Positions 38,951 to 49,326 of a stretch of 64,000 bases of DNA are shown here, piece after piece; position 1 is the first letter of the stretch, and each line of letters begins with the position of its first letter. The notes beneath the pieces were generated by a model. That model searched no databases and had not been told where the DNA came from. It worked only from the letters and a program-made list of their open reading frames with translations. The DNA comes from Candidatus Hadarchaeum sp. (GTDB lineage Archaea; Hadarchaeota; Hadarchaeia; Hadarchaeales; Hadarchaeaceae): assembly GCA_020725895.1 (NCBI GenBank), contig DYTO01000003.1:17355-81354 (forward strand), given 5' to 3'. The position numbers and the translations under genes are program-made.

Positions 38951-40495
38951 TTGAGGTTTGGCGATAGGTTGAAGTTCGAACTTGAAGCAAAACTGACGTT
39001 CAGCGCGAACATCGAGCCTGCGAAGAAGGACATCCAGGCGGCGCTAGACTCCCGGGAAGCGATTTTTCTCAAGGGCGCCCCGAATGGCAAGGAGAAGGAG
39101 GCCGCGAAGCTCGAGGGATGGAAGGCCTCCGGGAAGGAGCTAGACATCAAGATAAGCTCAGGCAGGTACGTCAGGGCCCACGACGCCCTTCTCAGGCTTG
39201 CGAAGACCCTCGCAACCGACATCGGAAAGAAGCACAAGGTCGGCGTGAGGGGAATTATCGCGCCAAAATACTCGATAACGATCCCGGCGAAAGAGGCGAC
39301 AAAGGAGATGAAAGAGGAACTCGCGAAGCTTCCGTACAAGATAACGATCCACGAGGGGGCGGCAAAGATATCTCTTGAAAATCTGAGCGAGGCGGACCTG
39401 CGCGGGAGGATAGTCGACCGCCTGATAAACGAAATAGACGCAATCCTTTCCAAAGCTCCCGCGCGAATCGGCCACGCATTCGAGGAGCAGCCACTGAAAA
39501 TCGTGAACGAGAGCGGGAAAAAGAAGCACGCTTTCAAGGAGGACCCGTTCGAGGTCGCGAAAAAGGCGGGTTGGCTCGCTGAGTTCCCCGGAAGGGGGCA
39601 GTGGATATACGAAGAACCCTACGCGAAGCTGATCAGGGCGCTTGAGGACCTCATAATCCGGGAAATCGCGGAGCCTCTCGGGTTCAAGGAAGCGATGTTC
39701 CCTAAGCTGATTCCGCTCGAGGTCATGCAGAGGATGCCAGGATACCTCGACGGCGTCCCGGAGGGAATGTACTACGTCTGCCCGCCGCCGCGCGAGCCCG
39801 AAACTTTCTCAAAATTCAAGCAAAAACTCAAGCTCACCAAGCAAATACCGACGGACGAGCTCAAGAACGTTCTGAAGGACCCCGCCTACGTCCTGGCCCC
39901 GGCTCAGTGCGAGCCTTTCTACCAGACTTTCTCATCCCAGATCGTCCGCCTCGAGAAGCTCCCGGTGAAGCAGTACGACAGAAGCGGCTGGACGTACAGA
40001 TGGGAGGGCGGCGGCGTCGAGGGCCTCGTCAGGACCCAGGAGTTTCGCAGGATAGAGTTCGTCGCGATGGGCGCGCCCGAAGACATCGTGAATATAAGGG
40101 ACAAGGTCGTGGAGAAGAGCATCGCTCTCTCGGACAAGCTGAACCTCGAGTGGAGGGTCCTAGTTGCTACGCCTTTCTACATGAAGGAGGGTGCCGTCGA
40201 GGAGGACGTCAAAGACAGCAGGAAGGTCGCCACGTACGACCTCGAGGTGATTTTGCCTTACAAGAACGACTGGCTCGAGATCGGCTCGTACAACTTGCAC
40301 AAAACCAAGTTCACAGAGAGCTTTAAAATCAAGGAGGCGAAGGGGAGGGAGGTATGGACGGCCTGCTGCGGTTTCGGGACCAGCCGCTGGGTTGTGGGGT
40401 TCCTGGCGCAGCACGGCATCGATCCTTCCAAGTGGCCGGAAGCCATCAGGAAACTGGTGGAGCCGCTGCCGCAACCGACACAGGTGACTGAGTAA
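38951..40495 (+). CDS. serS: Seryl-tRNA synthetase, atypical methanogen-type (class II, zinc-dependent)
   Basis: Class II motif 2 GLVRTQEFRRIEF and motif 3 CCGFGTSRW. Putative zinc ligands APAQCEP and CCGF are spaced as in methanogen-type SerRS (Methanosarcina barkeri). 514 aa with a distinct N-terminal domain. Confidence 0.65.
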   Translation: MRFGDRLKFELEAKLTFSANIEPAKKDIQAALDSREAIFLKGAPNGKEKEAAKLEGWKASGKELDIKISSGRYVRAHDALLRLAKTLATDIGKKHKVGVRGIIAPKYSITIPAKEATKEMKEELAKLPYKITIHEGAAKISLENLSEADLRGRIVDRLINEIDAILSKAPARIGHAFEEQPLKIVNESGKKKHAFKEDPFEVAKKAGWLAEFPGRGQWIYEEPYAKLIRALEDLIIREIAEPLGFKEAMFPKLIPLEVMQRMPGYLDGVPEGMYYVCPPPREPETFSKFKQKLKLTKQIPTDELKNVLKDPAYVLAPAQCEPFYQTFSSQIVRLEKLPVKQYDRSGWTYRWEGGGVEGLVRTQEFRRIEFVAMGAPEDIVNIRDKVVEKSIALSDKLNLEWRVLVATPFYMKEGAVEEDVKDSRKVATYDLEVILPYKNDWLEIGSYNLHKTKFTESFKIKEAKGREVWTACCGFGTSRWVVGFLAQHGIDPSKWPEAIRKLVEPLPQPTQVTE

Positions 40496-41067
40496 TGGCG
40501 GAGAAGAAAAGAGTGAAGGAGTGGCGAGAAAAGGCCTGGTATGATGTCATAGCTCCGCCGATGTTCGGCGGTGCCAAAGTAGGGGAGACCCCGTCTCTCG
40601 ACCCGAACCAGCTCGTGGGCCGAGTTTTCGAGACGACGTTAGGCGATCTCATTGAGGACTTTTCAAAATCGCACATCAGGCTCTACTTCCAAGTCAAGAG
40701 CGTCGAGGGGGACAAGGTGATTACCTCTTTCATCGGGCACGAGATGGCCCGCGACTACATAAGGAGCCAGGTCCGGCGGCGCGGTAAGAAGGCCGAAGAG
40801 GTTACGACAGTGACGACGAAGGACGGTGTGAAGATGCGCGTCTCTTCCCTGGCGACCAACCCGAGGCGCGCGCAGACCACGAAGGTCAAGGCGATCCGCG
40901 GCGCGATAAGGAAGGTCATAACCGAAGTAGGACAGGACAGGACTTTCGACCAGTTCGTCCAAGAAATCGTCCTCGGAAAACTCTCATCTGACATTTACAA
41001 GGAAGCAAAGAAGTACATGCCGATAAGAAGGGTCGAAGTTTACAAGAGCAAGGTCGTCGGCGGGTAA
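40495..41067 (+). CDS. rps3ae: 30S ribosomal protein S3Ae (S1e)
   Basis: N-terminal KEWREKAWYDVIAPPMF. Confidence 0.85.
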   Translation: MAEKKRVKEWREKAWYDVIAPPMFGGAKVGETPSLDPNQLVGRVFETTLGDLIEDFSKSHIRLYFQVKSVEGDKVITSFIGHEMARDYIRSQVRRRGKKAEEVTTVTTKDGVKMRVSSLATNPRRAQTTKVKAIRGAIRKVITEVGQDRTFDQFVQEIVLGKLSSDIYKEAKKYMPIRRVEVYKSKVVGG

Positions 41068-41072
41068 TCCGC

Positions 41073-42416
41073 ATGAAGAGACTCTTCGGAACTTCGGGCG
41101 TCCGGGGCGTTGTCGGCGAGGAAATCACGCCTGAACTTTTCATAGAGCTTGGGCTTGCGCTCGCGACCCACTTGGGAAATTCCGGGACGGTAATTGTCGG
41201 GCGAGACCCGCGGCTATCGGGCGAGATGCTCGAGGACAGCCTCGTTTCGGGGATTCTTTCGGGAGGATGCGAAGTCCGCCGGGCTGGAATGGTTCCGACA
41301 CCCGTGCTTGCCTTCGCCGTGAGATTGCTTGGGGCAAACGCCGGGGCGATGATAACCGCATCGCACAACCCGCCCGAGTATAACGGTGTTAAGTTCTGGG
41401 ACTCCGAGGGGGTGGCTTTCGCGCCCGCGGTCGAGAAGGAGATCGAGCGCATATTCTACGAAAAAAGCGGCAAGAGGGTCGGCTGGCAAAAATTGGGCAG
41501 AGTCGGGAACGTCGACGCTTCATCGGGATATTTGAAAATGGTGACTGAGGGCATCAAGCTGAGCAAAAGCTACAAGGTTGTGGTCGATTGCGGCAACGGG
41601 GCCGCTTCTCCACTTACGCCGGTCCTTCTAAGGAGAATCGGGTGCAAGGTAGTGAGCCTGAACTGCCAGCCGGACGGCAACTTCCCCGGCCGCGGCCTCG
41701 AGCCGAACGAGGGGAACCTTAAGGAACTATCCGAGATCGTCAGTGCTACAGGCGCCGACATCGGGATAGCGCACGACGGGGACGCTGACAGGGCCGCCGC
41801 TGTCGACGAGAAAGGGAATTTCGCCAATGAAGACAAGCTTCTCGCAGCAGTTGCGTCGCGAAATGTGCGCAAGGGAGATATCGTGGTGACGACTGTGGAA
41901 TCTTCGAAAGTCGTTTATGACGCCGTCGGGAAGAAGGGCGGGAAGGTCGTCAAGACGCCGGTTGGCGACGTGAGCGTTGCCGAGGCCGTGAAAAAGAATT
42001 CCGCGGTTTTCGGGGGTGAGCCAAGCGGGGCGTGGATTTTCCCGGAAGTTCATCTCGCGCCAGACGGGCCGTTGTCCGCCATCAGGATTCTGCAACTTTT
42101 GGACTCGTCCAGTAAGAAACTCTCGGAAATCTTGGGCGCCTTGCCCGATTATCCGACCATCAGGAAAAAGATGGCATGCCCGAACGAAAAAAAATCCGAA
42201 ACCATGAGGAAAATCGGGAAAGAGTTGAGGGCGGAGTTCAAGGGTGCGGAGATCTTGGAAATCGACGGCGTGCGGCTCGACTTGGATGAGGGTTGGGTGC
42301 TCGTCAGACCCTCCGGGACCGAGCCTTACATCAGGATCACGGCAGAGGGGAAGACCGAGAAAACCGCCAAGGAACTCGTTGAAAGGGCATCCGAAATTTT
42401 GAATAAGACAATCTAA
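41073..42416 (+). CDS. glmM: Phosphoglucosamine mutase / phosphomannomutase family (alpha-D-phosphohexomutase)
   Basis: Active-site TASHNPPEYNGVKF, metal-binding DGDADR; 447 aa. Confidence 0.8.
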   Translation: MKRLFGTSGVRGVVGEEITPELFIELGLALATHLGNSGTVIVGRDPRLSGEMLEDSLVSGILSGGCEVRRAGMVPTPVLAFAVRLLGANAGAMITASHNPPEYNGVKFWDSEGVAFAPAVEKEIERIFYEKSGKRVGWQKLGRVGNVDASSGYLKMVTEGIKLSKSYKVVVDCGNGAASPLTPVLLRRIGCKVVSLNCQPDGNFPGRGLEPNEGNLKELSEIVSATGADIGIAHDGDADRAAAVDEKGNFANEDKLLAAVASRNVRKGDIVVTTVESSKVVYDAVGKKGGKVVKTPVGDVSVAEAVKKNSAVFGGEPSGAWIFPEVHLAPDGPLSAIRILQLLDSSSKKLSEILGALPDYPTIRKKMACPNEKKSETMRKIGKELRAEFKGAEILEIDGVRLDLDEGWVLVRPSGTEPYIRITAEGKTEKTAKELVERASEILNKTI

Positions 42417-43489
42417 TCAAGTTCTTTTGCGTTTTGACACGAAAAAGAAAAACAGTGCCCCGACGATAAACAAACCAACAATTCCAATCAATGGATTTAT
42501 GACGGCGATTTCTTCATTCGACCCAACTACTTCAATCGACTTGCTGAAACTGATGCGCGGATAAGCGGATGATGAATAATCCACAGCGTATGGGTAGGGC
42601 TCGTAGACCGCGCCGTTTTCAACCATATCCTCGCCACTGCTCTCGGACAATGCAAAATGCATGTTGTCCCACTCGCCAGAAACGCCCCATGGGGGTCGGC
42701 CGGCATCCATCCCACGTTTGGCATGTAAACAACTGCCTAGGCGTGCCCCCCCGTACTGGTAATTCTCGCCCGCGTAAGATTTGTCGTAAGTCTGACCAAC
42801 CACTTATTTCGCCGGCACGCCCGCAGCGCGAGCTAGCGCTACAAACAAGTTTGTGAACTCGCTGCAGTCGTCTTCGCGGTTGTTGTACGACCACACGGCA
42901 CTCCCTGCAGTCCCATTTTCTGGCGCATAGTATGGGTCCCGTTCATAAGTTATGTAACTCTGCACGAACCCGAAAAGACGCGCCACCTTATCGTAGAGGT
43001 TCGGATAACCCTCGATTAGTTCTTGAGCTTTATTCAATATCAACGGATCGTCGCTCTCCCAGAGGTTATCTATTGGCTGCGTAAATTCCAACAGCTCCGA
43101 AGGAATATTATCCTGAACCAAACTTGGGTCTATAGAAAAGTCGATGTTGTCTACTTTCATCACTTGGGTAATTTCAATTGTTTCGTACTCCCCCGGCGAT
43201 AAATCTCCCAAGTAAACATACAAATAACGTTCGCCGTTTCATAAACGATTTGAGAGGAACCAGAGCTTAAGACAATTTCCTTGCTCACAACATGTTGATT
43301 TACAACCCCTGAAAAATTATCAAACATGAGTATTTTCACCGCAACATCAGTCACATTAACAGAATTGTCGTTACGCACCGCTATGGCCCAATTTATGCTG
43401 TCTGTCTCAGAGTTCGAAACTCTGACGGCGCCCACGACCGGCGAAGCCAACAAAACGATCAAAACGGCGGCCGGTGCTATTTTGTTCAT
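42417..43489 (-). pseudogene. Transglutaminase-like secreted protein with C-terminal TM anchor, disrupted by a frameshift (around 43189-43241) and an in-frame TAA (42804-42806)
   Basis: Three ORF pieces. The signal-peptide piece 43160-43489 and the core piece 42804-43223 overlap in different frames. The core DCSEFTNLFVALARAAGVPAK* then continues in-frame as VVGQTY..., matching GdCxefA.lfvallRa.GiPARyVsGy with the stop at the Tyr position. C-terminal NPLIGIVGLFIVGALFFFFVSKRKRT. Confidence 0.6.
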
Positions 43490-43581
43490 TCTCTCCCCAC
43501 CCTATTTCCTCACGGGGTTAAAAATAATCGCGCAATATCGAGGTTTTTATAAAGCGGTTTATCAATCATATCGGTGCAAAA

Positions 43582-44886
43582 GTGAAAGCGGTGATACTTG
43601 CAGCGGGTCTGGGCACGAGGATGCGCCCACTGACGTTCACAAAGCCGAAGTTCCTCCTCCCTGTCGCGGGGATGCCTGCGCTCGACCACGTGATATCTCT
43701 CCTGAAGCACGCGGGGGTCCAGAAGATCGCGATGGTCGTGAGCTTCGGCAAGGAGCAGATAATGGAGAGGTACGGGGACGGCTCGGCCTTCGGGGTGAAT
43801 GTCGAGTACCTGGTCCAAAAGGAGCTCCTCGGGACAGCGAACGCCGTTCAGATGGCCGAGAAGTTCGCCAGCAACGACCGAGTCCTTGTGATAAACGGCG
43901 ACACTTTGATAGACCAGGAATCCCTCAACACTTTCATCGAAAGATACCACAATCTCGAGCACAAGAAAGACTTCGGCGGCCTAATGGCGACGATAGAGGT
44001 CGACGAGCCCGAGCAGTTCGGGATAGTCTTCATGAAGGGAGACAAGGTAGCGAGTATCGTCGAGAAGCCGAAAAAGGTGAAAAGCAGGCTTGCGAACGCC
44101 GGCATTTACATCTTCGACCCCGTGATTTTCGACGCAATCAAGCACACGAAGAAATCGCCGAGGGGCGAGTACGAACTCCCGACTTCAATGGAACTCCTGA
44201 TGAAGGAAAAAAGCATTTACACGTCACCTATAAAACTCTGGGGGGACATCGGGCGGCCGTGGGACCTCCTTTTCGCGAACGAGTACTTCCTGCGGAACCT
44301 GAAAGGCGAGATCCACGGGAAGATCGAGGTGGGTGCGAAGGTCGATGAGAACGTCTACATCGGAGAGGGCACCATAATCCGCTCCGGCTCGTATATCCTC
44401 GGCCCGACATACATCGGTAAGGATTGCGACATCGGCCCGAACTGCTTCATAAGGCCGAGCACGAGCGTGGGCGATAACGTTAGAATCGGGAACGCGGTCG
44501 AGATCAAAAATTCTGTGATAATGAACGACACCAACGTCGGGCACCTGGCATACGTCGGGGACAGCGTCATCGGGGAGGGGTGCAACCTCGGCGCCGGGAC
44601 CACGATAGCGAACCTGCGCCTGGACGAAAAGCCCGTGAAGATGGAGGTTGGCGGGGTCGTCGTGAGCAGCGGCAGGAGAAAGCTCGGGACTATAATCGCC
44701 GACAACGTCCACACGGGGATAAACTGCACGATAAACGTCGGCGTCAAGATAGGACCGAACTCCGCAATCGGGCCCGGGACATTGGTCTACGAGGACGTGC
44801 CGCCAAACACTTTAGTATTTATCAAACCAAACGTTCAAAAGAGAAAATGGGGAGTGACCAAGAGTGGCAAAACGAAAAGTAAATGA
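43582..44886 (+). CDS. glmU: Bifunctional sugar-1-phosphate nucleotidyltransferase / acetyltransferase (archaeal GlmU-like)
   Basis: N-terminal ILAAGLGTRMRPLT (G.GTR) nucleotidyltransferase and C-terminal left-handed beta-helix hexapeptide repeats; GTG start. Confidence 0.75.
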   Translation: MKAVILAAGLGTRMRPLTFTKPKFLLPVAGMPALDHVISLLKHAGVQKIAMVVSFGKEQIMERYGDGSAFGVNVEYLVQKELLGTANAVQMAEKFASNDRVLVINGDTLIDQESLNTFIERYHNLEHKKDFGGLMATIEVDEPEQFGIVFMKGDKVASIVEKPKKVKSRLANAGIYIFDPVIFDAIKHTKKSPRGEYELPTSMELLMKEKSIYTSPIKLWGDIGRPWDLLFANEYFLRNLKGEIHGKIEVGAKVDENVYIGEGTIIRSGSYILGPTYIGKDCDIGPNCFIRPSTSVGDNVRIGNAVEIKNSVIMNDTNVGHLAYVGDSVIGEGCNLGAGTTIANLRLDEKPVKMEVGGVVVSSGRRKLGTIIADNVHTGINCTINVGVKIGPNSAIGPGTLVYEDVPPNTLVFIKPNVQKRKWGVTKSGKTKSK

Positions 44887-45205
44887 AAAGTTCAAGAAAA
44901 ATTTCCCGAAACTCAACAAGGAGCTGGAGGAAGGCGGGGCGCTGAAAGTAGATGCGGTCAAGGGCAAGCGCGGTGAAGCAGAGAGGATAGTCCCCGACCT
45001 GCAGGGCTACGAGCCGACAGTCGTGGACTACCTGAGGCGATGCAGGACGGATGACGAGGGCGTCGAGATCGTCAACTACGTGGAGAAGAAGGGCGACATA
45101 ACCGCCGAATACGCGAAGGAACTCAGACACCGGATTTTGAAGCACGGCGTAAGGAGCTTCGGCAAACTGATTGAAGCCGGTCATTACGAAAGGGGAGAAA
45201 TATAG
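44864..45205 (+). CDS. Conserved hypothetical protein (113 aa)
   Basis: ORF tightly packed between glmU and ychF. Confidence 0.35.
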   Translation: MAKRKVNEKFKKNFPKLNKELEEGGALKVDAVKGKRGEAERIVPDLQGYEPTVVDYLRRCRTDDEGVEIVNYVEKKGDITAEYAKELRHRILKHGVRSFGKLIEAGHYERGEI

Positions 45206-46407
45206 TGATGGAGCTGGGCCTGGTCGGGAAACCAAACACAGGCAAAACCACTTTTTTCAACGCCTCAACTCTCGCAAACGCCCCGGTGGCCGGATATCCT
45301 TTCACGACGATCGACTCGAACGTCGGAGTCACATACATCAGAAAAAAATGCCCTTGCGGCGAGACAGGCGTGAAGTGCGACCCTCAGAATTCCAAGTGCA
45401 TCGGGGGAACTCGCCACGTCCCTGTGAGGATAATCGACGTCGCGGGGCTAGTGGAGGGCGCACACATGGGGCGCGGGCTCGGGAACAAGTTCCTCGACAG
45501 CCTCAGGATGGCCTCGGCGCTCGTGCATGTAATTGATGCTGCGGGCGCGACGGACGCCGAAGGGAAGCCTGCGCCGGTGGGGAGCCACGACCCGGTGAAA
45601 GACATCGATTTCCTTGAATTCGAGATTTCGATGTGGATGCGCGGGATTCTCGCGAAGGATTGGTCTGGCTTCGCCAAACGCGCGAAATACCAAAAGCTTG
45701 ACCTTGCGAAGGAGGTCGCGAGCCGCATGACCGGTCTCGGGATAAAGGAGAACCAAGTCTTGGAAGCTTTCAAGAAATCGGGCGTCGACAGGGCCGACCC
45801 GGAAAAGTGGTCCGATGACGACATGCTGAGATTCGTTACGGAGCTGCGGAAGATAAGCAAGCCGATAATGATCGCCGCGAACAAGGCCGACGTGCCTGGC
45901 GCGGAAAAGAATCTGGAAAGGTTGCGTGCGCGCGGATACATCGTTGTGCCGACGTGCGCTGAGGCGGAACTGATTCTCAGGCGAGCAGCTGAAAAGGGGC
46001 TCGTCTCATACAACCCCGGGGACAAGGATTTCAAGATATCGCGCCCCGAAGCGCTCACTGAAGAGCAAAAAGCCGCACTAGAAAAACTGAGACAGATCTT
46101 CAAGAAACTCGGCCCGACGGGCGTGCAGGAAGTTATAGACAAGGCCGTTGGCGAGCTGCTTAACCTGATCGTTGTCTACCCTGTGGACGATGAGAACAAA
46201 TTCACGGACAAGAAAGGCAACGTCCTCCCTGACGCTTTCCTCGTGCCGAAGGGGACGACCGCCAATGGATTCGCATACCTCATTCACTCCGAACTCGGCG
46301 ATTCTTTCCTGCACGCGATTGACGCGAAATCGAAGCGCCGGGTCGGGGAAGAATACGAGCTAAAAGACGGGGATATAATAAAAATCGTTTCAACGAAAGG
46401 TAGGTAG
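45205..46407 (+). CDS. ychF: Obg-like ATPase YchF/OLA1 with TGS domain
   Basis: G1 GKPNTGKTTFFNA, G4 NKAD, C-terminal TGS-like DGDIIKI. Confidence 0.8.
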   Translation: MMELGLVGKPNTGKTTFFNASTLANAPVAGYPFTTIDSNVGVTYIRKKCPCGETGVKCDPQNSKCIGGTRHVPVRIIDVAGLVEGAHMGRGLGNKFLDSLRMASALVHVIDAAGATDAEGKPAPVGSHDPVKDIDFLEFEISMWMRGILAKDWSGFAKRAKYQKLDLAKEVASRMTGLGIKENQVLEAFKKSGVDRADPEKWSDDDMLRFVTELRKISKPIMIAANKADVPGAEKNLERLRARGYIVVPTCAEAELILRRAAEKGLVSYNPGDKDFKISRPEALTEEQKAALEKLRQIFKKLGPTGVQEVIDKAVGELLNLIVVYPVDDENKFTDKKGNVLPDAFLVPKGTTANGFAYLIHSELGDSFLHAIDAKSKRRVGEEYELKDGDIIKIVSTKGR

Positions 46408-46408
46408 A

Positions 46409-47851
46409 ATGAAGGTAGTTCTGATAAATCCAGACATCGGGCACGCCGAGAGGATAGAGAGCCAGGCAGCCTGGCCCCCGCACGGCCTACTCTATCTCGG
46501 GTCTGTGCTGCAGAAGGGCGGCCACGATGTGAATGTCATCGACAATGGCAGGACCCAGTTGCCGATCGATCGGCTTCTGAAGCGCGTGAAGAATGAGAAC
46601 CCGGATGTCGTTGGCATCGGCGCCCTTACGCCGACTTTCAAGCAGAGCGTGAGGATTGCTAAAGCCGTCAAGTCCGAGATCCCGGACGCGAAAATCGTGT
46701 TCGGCAACTACCACCCGACATTCACATACGAAAAAATACTAAAAAAATACAAGTTCGTCGACTACGTCGTGCGCGGCGAGGGAGAGGAAACTTTTCTCGA
46801 ACTCGTCGAAGCCATTAAAAGTGGGAAAAAGGTCGAGAAAATCGCCGGCCTGGCATACCGGCAGGGAAAAACCGTGAAATCGTCGCCCCGGCTGCCGATA
46901 CAGGACCTCGACAATCTCCCCTTCCCCGACAGGTCGCTCCTCGAGCAGGAGTACTATTCGGAGATAATGGGCGCGATAGGCAGCGGCGGCAGGTTCACGA
47001 CGATACTGACGTCGCGGGGGTGCCCCTACAAGTGCAGGTACTGCGCTTGCGCGGCCTTCTCTCACAGGAAAATCAGGTACAGGTCCCCCGAGTCCGTGGT
47101 CGCGGAGATGGAGCAGATCCACAACGAGGGTTACGAGGAGATAGGGATAGTCGACGACAACTTCTTCGTCAACAAAAAATGGATGGACAGGATTTTCACA
47201 CTGATAAGAGAGAATGACCTGAAGTTCAAGTTCTGGGCGGAGGGGCGGGTGGACAACGCCTCGCGCGAGATGCTCAAGAAATTCGCCGGGGTCGGCTGCA
47301 AAATAATATACTACGGGATGGAGAGCGGCAGCCAGAAGGTCCTCGACTATTTCAAGAAGAACACCACGCCCGAGATGAACAGGAAGGTAGTCCTGAACAG
47401 CAAGGCCGCCGGTATAGAGAACGTGATAGGCTCGTTCATCGTCGGCGCGCCTGTTGAGACGAAGGCGGACGTCCGGCAAACCCTAGATTTCATAATGAGC
47501 CTGGACGGGATTGACTTCCCGCAGATAAACCCGCTCTGCATCTCTCCCGGCATGGAGCTCTGGGACGACGCCCTGAGGGGAGGATACATGAAAGAGGACG
47601 AGATGTGGGAGGAGGAGCACATCGCGCTGAATATCTTCCCATCGCAAATCACGGAGGCCGAAGTGATGGGGATGATCAAGGGATTCTACTCGGACTTCGT
47701 GATGAGGCCTTCTTTCCTCGTCCAGCAGCTGCTCAAGACGCTGAAAAGCGAGTATCGCCTGAGGGTACTCCTGAAGAACATGGGCTCGGGGACTAGTTTG
47801 AGGAGCACTCTGAAGCAGTTCACGCAACGCTACGGCGGGCCAAGCCCTTAA
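46409..47851 (+). CDS. B12-binding domain / radical SAM domain protein (class B radical SAM)
   Basis: N-terminal cobalamin-binding Rossmann domain (MKVVLINP...GHDV) and radical SAM motif CPYKCRYCAC; 480 aa. Confidence 0.7.
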   Translation: MKVVLINPDIGHAERIESQAAWPPHGLLYLGSVLQKGGHDVNVIDNGRTQLPIDRLLKRVKNENPDVVGIGALTPTFKQSVRIAKAVKSEIPDAKIVFGNYHPTFTYEKILKKYKFVDYVVRGEGEETFLELVEAIKSGKKVEKIAGLAYRQGKTVKSSPRLPIQDLDNLPFPDRSLLEQEYYSEIMGAIGSGGRFTTILTSRGCPYKCRYCACAAFSHRKIRYRSPESVVAEMEQIHNEGYEEIGIVDDNFFVNKKWMDRIFTLIRENDLKFKFWAEGRVDNASREMLKKFAGVGCKIIYYGMESGSQKVLDYFKKNTTPEMNRKVVLNSKAAGIENVIGSFIVGAPVETKADVRQTLDFIMSLDGIDFPQINPLCISPGMELWDDALRGGYMKEDEMWEEEHIALNIFPSQITEAEVMGMIKGFYSDFVMRPSFLVQQLLKTLKSEYRLRVLLKNMGSGTSLRSTLKQFTQRYGGPSP

Positions 47852-47854
47852 GTA

Positions 47855-48799
47855 ATGGCATTTCGATTTTATGGAGAGGTGTCTGGTTTGAAGATACTGG
47901 TCGCGGACAAGATTCACGAGGATGGGCTGAAGATCCTAAAGGAATTCGCGGAAGTTGAGGTGGCCACGGACTTGAAGCCCGACCAGCTCGTCAAGAAAAT
48001 CGAGGGCTTCGACGCGATAGTGGTCAGGAGCGCGACGAAAGTCACGAAGGAAATCATCGCGGCCGGGAAAAACCTGAAGTTCATCGCTCGCGCTGGCGTC
48101 GGCTTGGACAACGTCGACGCTGCCGCCGCAAAAGACCGCGGCATAACTGTCTTCAACGCTCCGGAGGCGCCGAGCGTTGCCGTTGCCGAGCTTGTGCTTT
48201 CTCTAATGCTCGCGTTTTCGAGAAAAATCCCGCAAGCGGACCTGAGCGTGAAAAGCGGGAAATGGGAGAAGAAGCTATTCATGGGAAACGAGCTCAGGGG
48301 GAAGACCCTAGGAGTCGTCGGCACGGGCAGGATTGGGCAAGCGGCCGCCGAACGCGCAAAAGGTTTCGAGATGAAAATCCTGCTCTATGATGTCGTTAAG
48401 AACGAGGACTTCGCGAGAAGGATAGGCGCGCAATACGTCTCACTTGAGAATGTCCTCCGAGAATCGGATTTCATAACAATCCACGTACCTCTAATCCCAC
48501 AGACGGAGCGGATGATCGGGAAGAAGGAGATAGCCATGATGAAGCCGAACGCGGTCCTTGTCAACACCTCGAGGGGCAAAATCCTTGACGAGACTGCACT
48601 TGTCGAGGCCCTTGAGAACAAGAGGATAGGCGGGGCCTGCCTGGACGTTTTCGAGAACGAGCCACCGGCGGGGAGCCCGCTCCTCAAGCTCCAGAACGTT
48701 GTGCTCGCCCCCCACATCGGCGCGTCGACTTCCGAGTCCCAGAGAGATGCGGCGGTGGTGATAGCAAACAAAATAAAGGTGGCAGTCGGAGGGAGATGA
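47855..48799 (+). CDS. D-isomer-specific 2-hydroxyacid dehydrogenase (phosphoglycerate dehydrogenase/glyoxylate reductase-like)
   Basis: NAD-binding GVVGTGRIG and catalytic region RGK...E...H in the expected order. Confidence 0.7.
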   Translation: MAFRFYGEVSGLKILVADKIHEDGLKILKEFAEVEVATDLKPDQLVKKIEGFDAIVVRSATKVTKEIIAAGKNLKFIARAGVGLDNVDAAAAKDRGITVFNAPEAPSVAVAELVLSLMLAFSRKIPQADLSVKSGKWEKKLFMGNELRGKTLGVVGTGRIGQAAAERAKGFEMKILLYDVVKNEDFARRIGAQYVSLENVLRESDFITIHVPLIPQTERMIGKKEIAMMKPNAVLVNTSRGKILDETALVEALENKRIGGACLDVFENEPPAGSPLLKLQNVVLAPHIGASTSESQRDAAVVIANKIKVAVGGR

Positions 48800-49326
48800 T
48801 GATGGACGAGATGATAAAAACTCAGCTAAGGTCCTGGCGAAAGGGACCCGTCATAGCGAGGGTTGACCATCCGACGAAACCTGACAGGGCCAGGGCTCTT
48901 GGCTACAAGGCGAAACAAGGAGTCGTCGTTGCCAGGGCAAGGGTGAGGAAAGGTGGAAGGAGAAAGATTCGCCCGTCGAGGGGCAGGAAACCGAAGAGGA
49001 TGGGTATCAAGAAGATCACCATGAAGAAGAACCTGCAGACGATGGCCGAGGAGAGGGCCGCGAGGAGGTTCCCGAACCTCGAAGTTTTGAACTCTTATCA
49101 CGTCGCGTCTGACGGGACCCACGAATATTTTGAAATAATCATGATCGACCCACACCACCCCGCAATCATAAGCGACCCACAGCTTGGATGGGTTGCTGAA
49201 CGGGGGCACAGGGGTAGGGTCTTCCGTGGCCGCACCCGTGCCGCAAGGAAAGGGAGGGGCTTGATGCGGAAAGGTTGGGGGGCCGAACGCATGCGGCCGA
49301 GTGTCCGAGCGCGGGGAAGGAAGTGA
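48796..49326 (+). CDS. rpl15e: 50S ribosomal protein L15e
   Basis: Arg/Lys-rich sequence with RSWRKGPVIARV and GYKAKQG motifs. Confidence 0.85.
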   Translation: MMMDEMIKTQLRSWRKGPVIARVDHPTKPDRARALGYKAKQGVVVARARVRKGGRRKIRPSRGRKPKRMGIKKITMKKNLQTMAEERAARRFPNLEVLNSYHVASDGTHEYFEIIMIDPHHPAIISDPQLGWVAERGHRGRVFRGRTRAARKGRGLMRKGWGAERMRPSVRARGRK

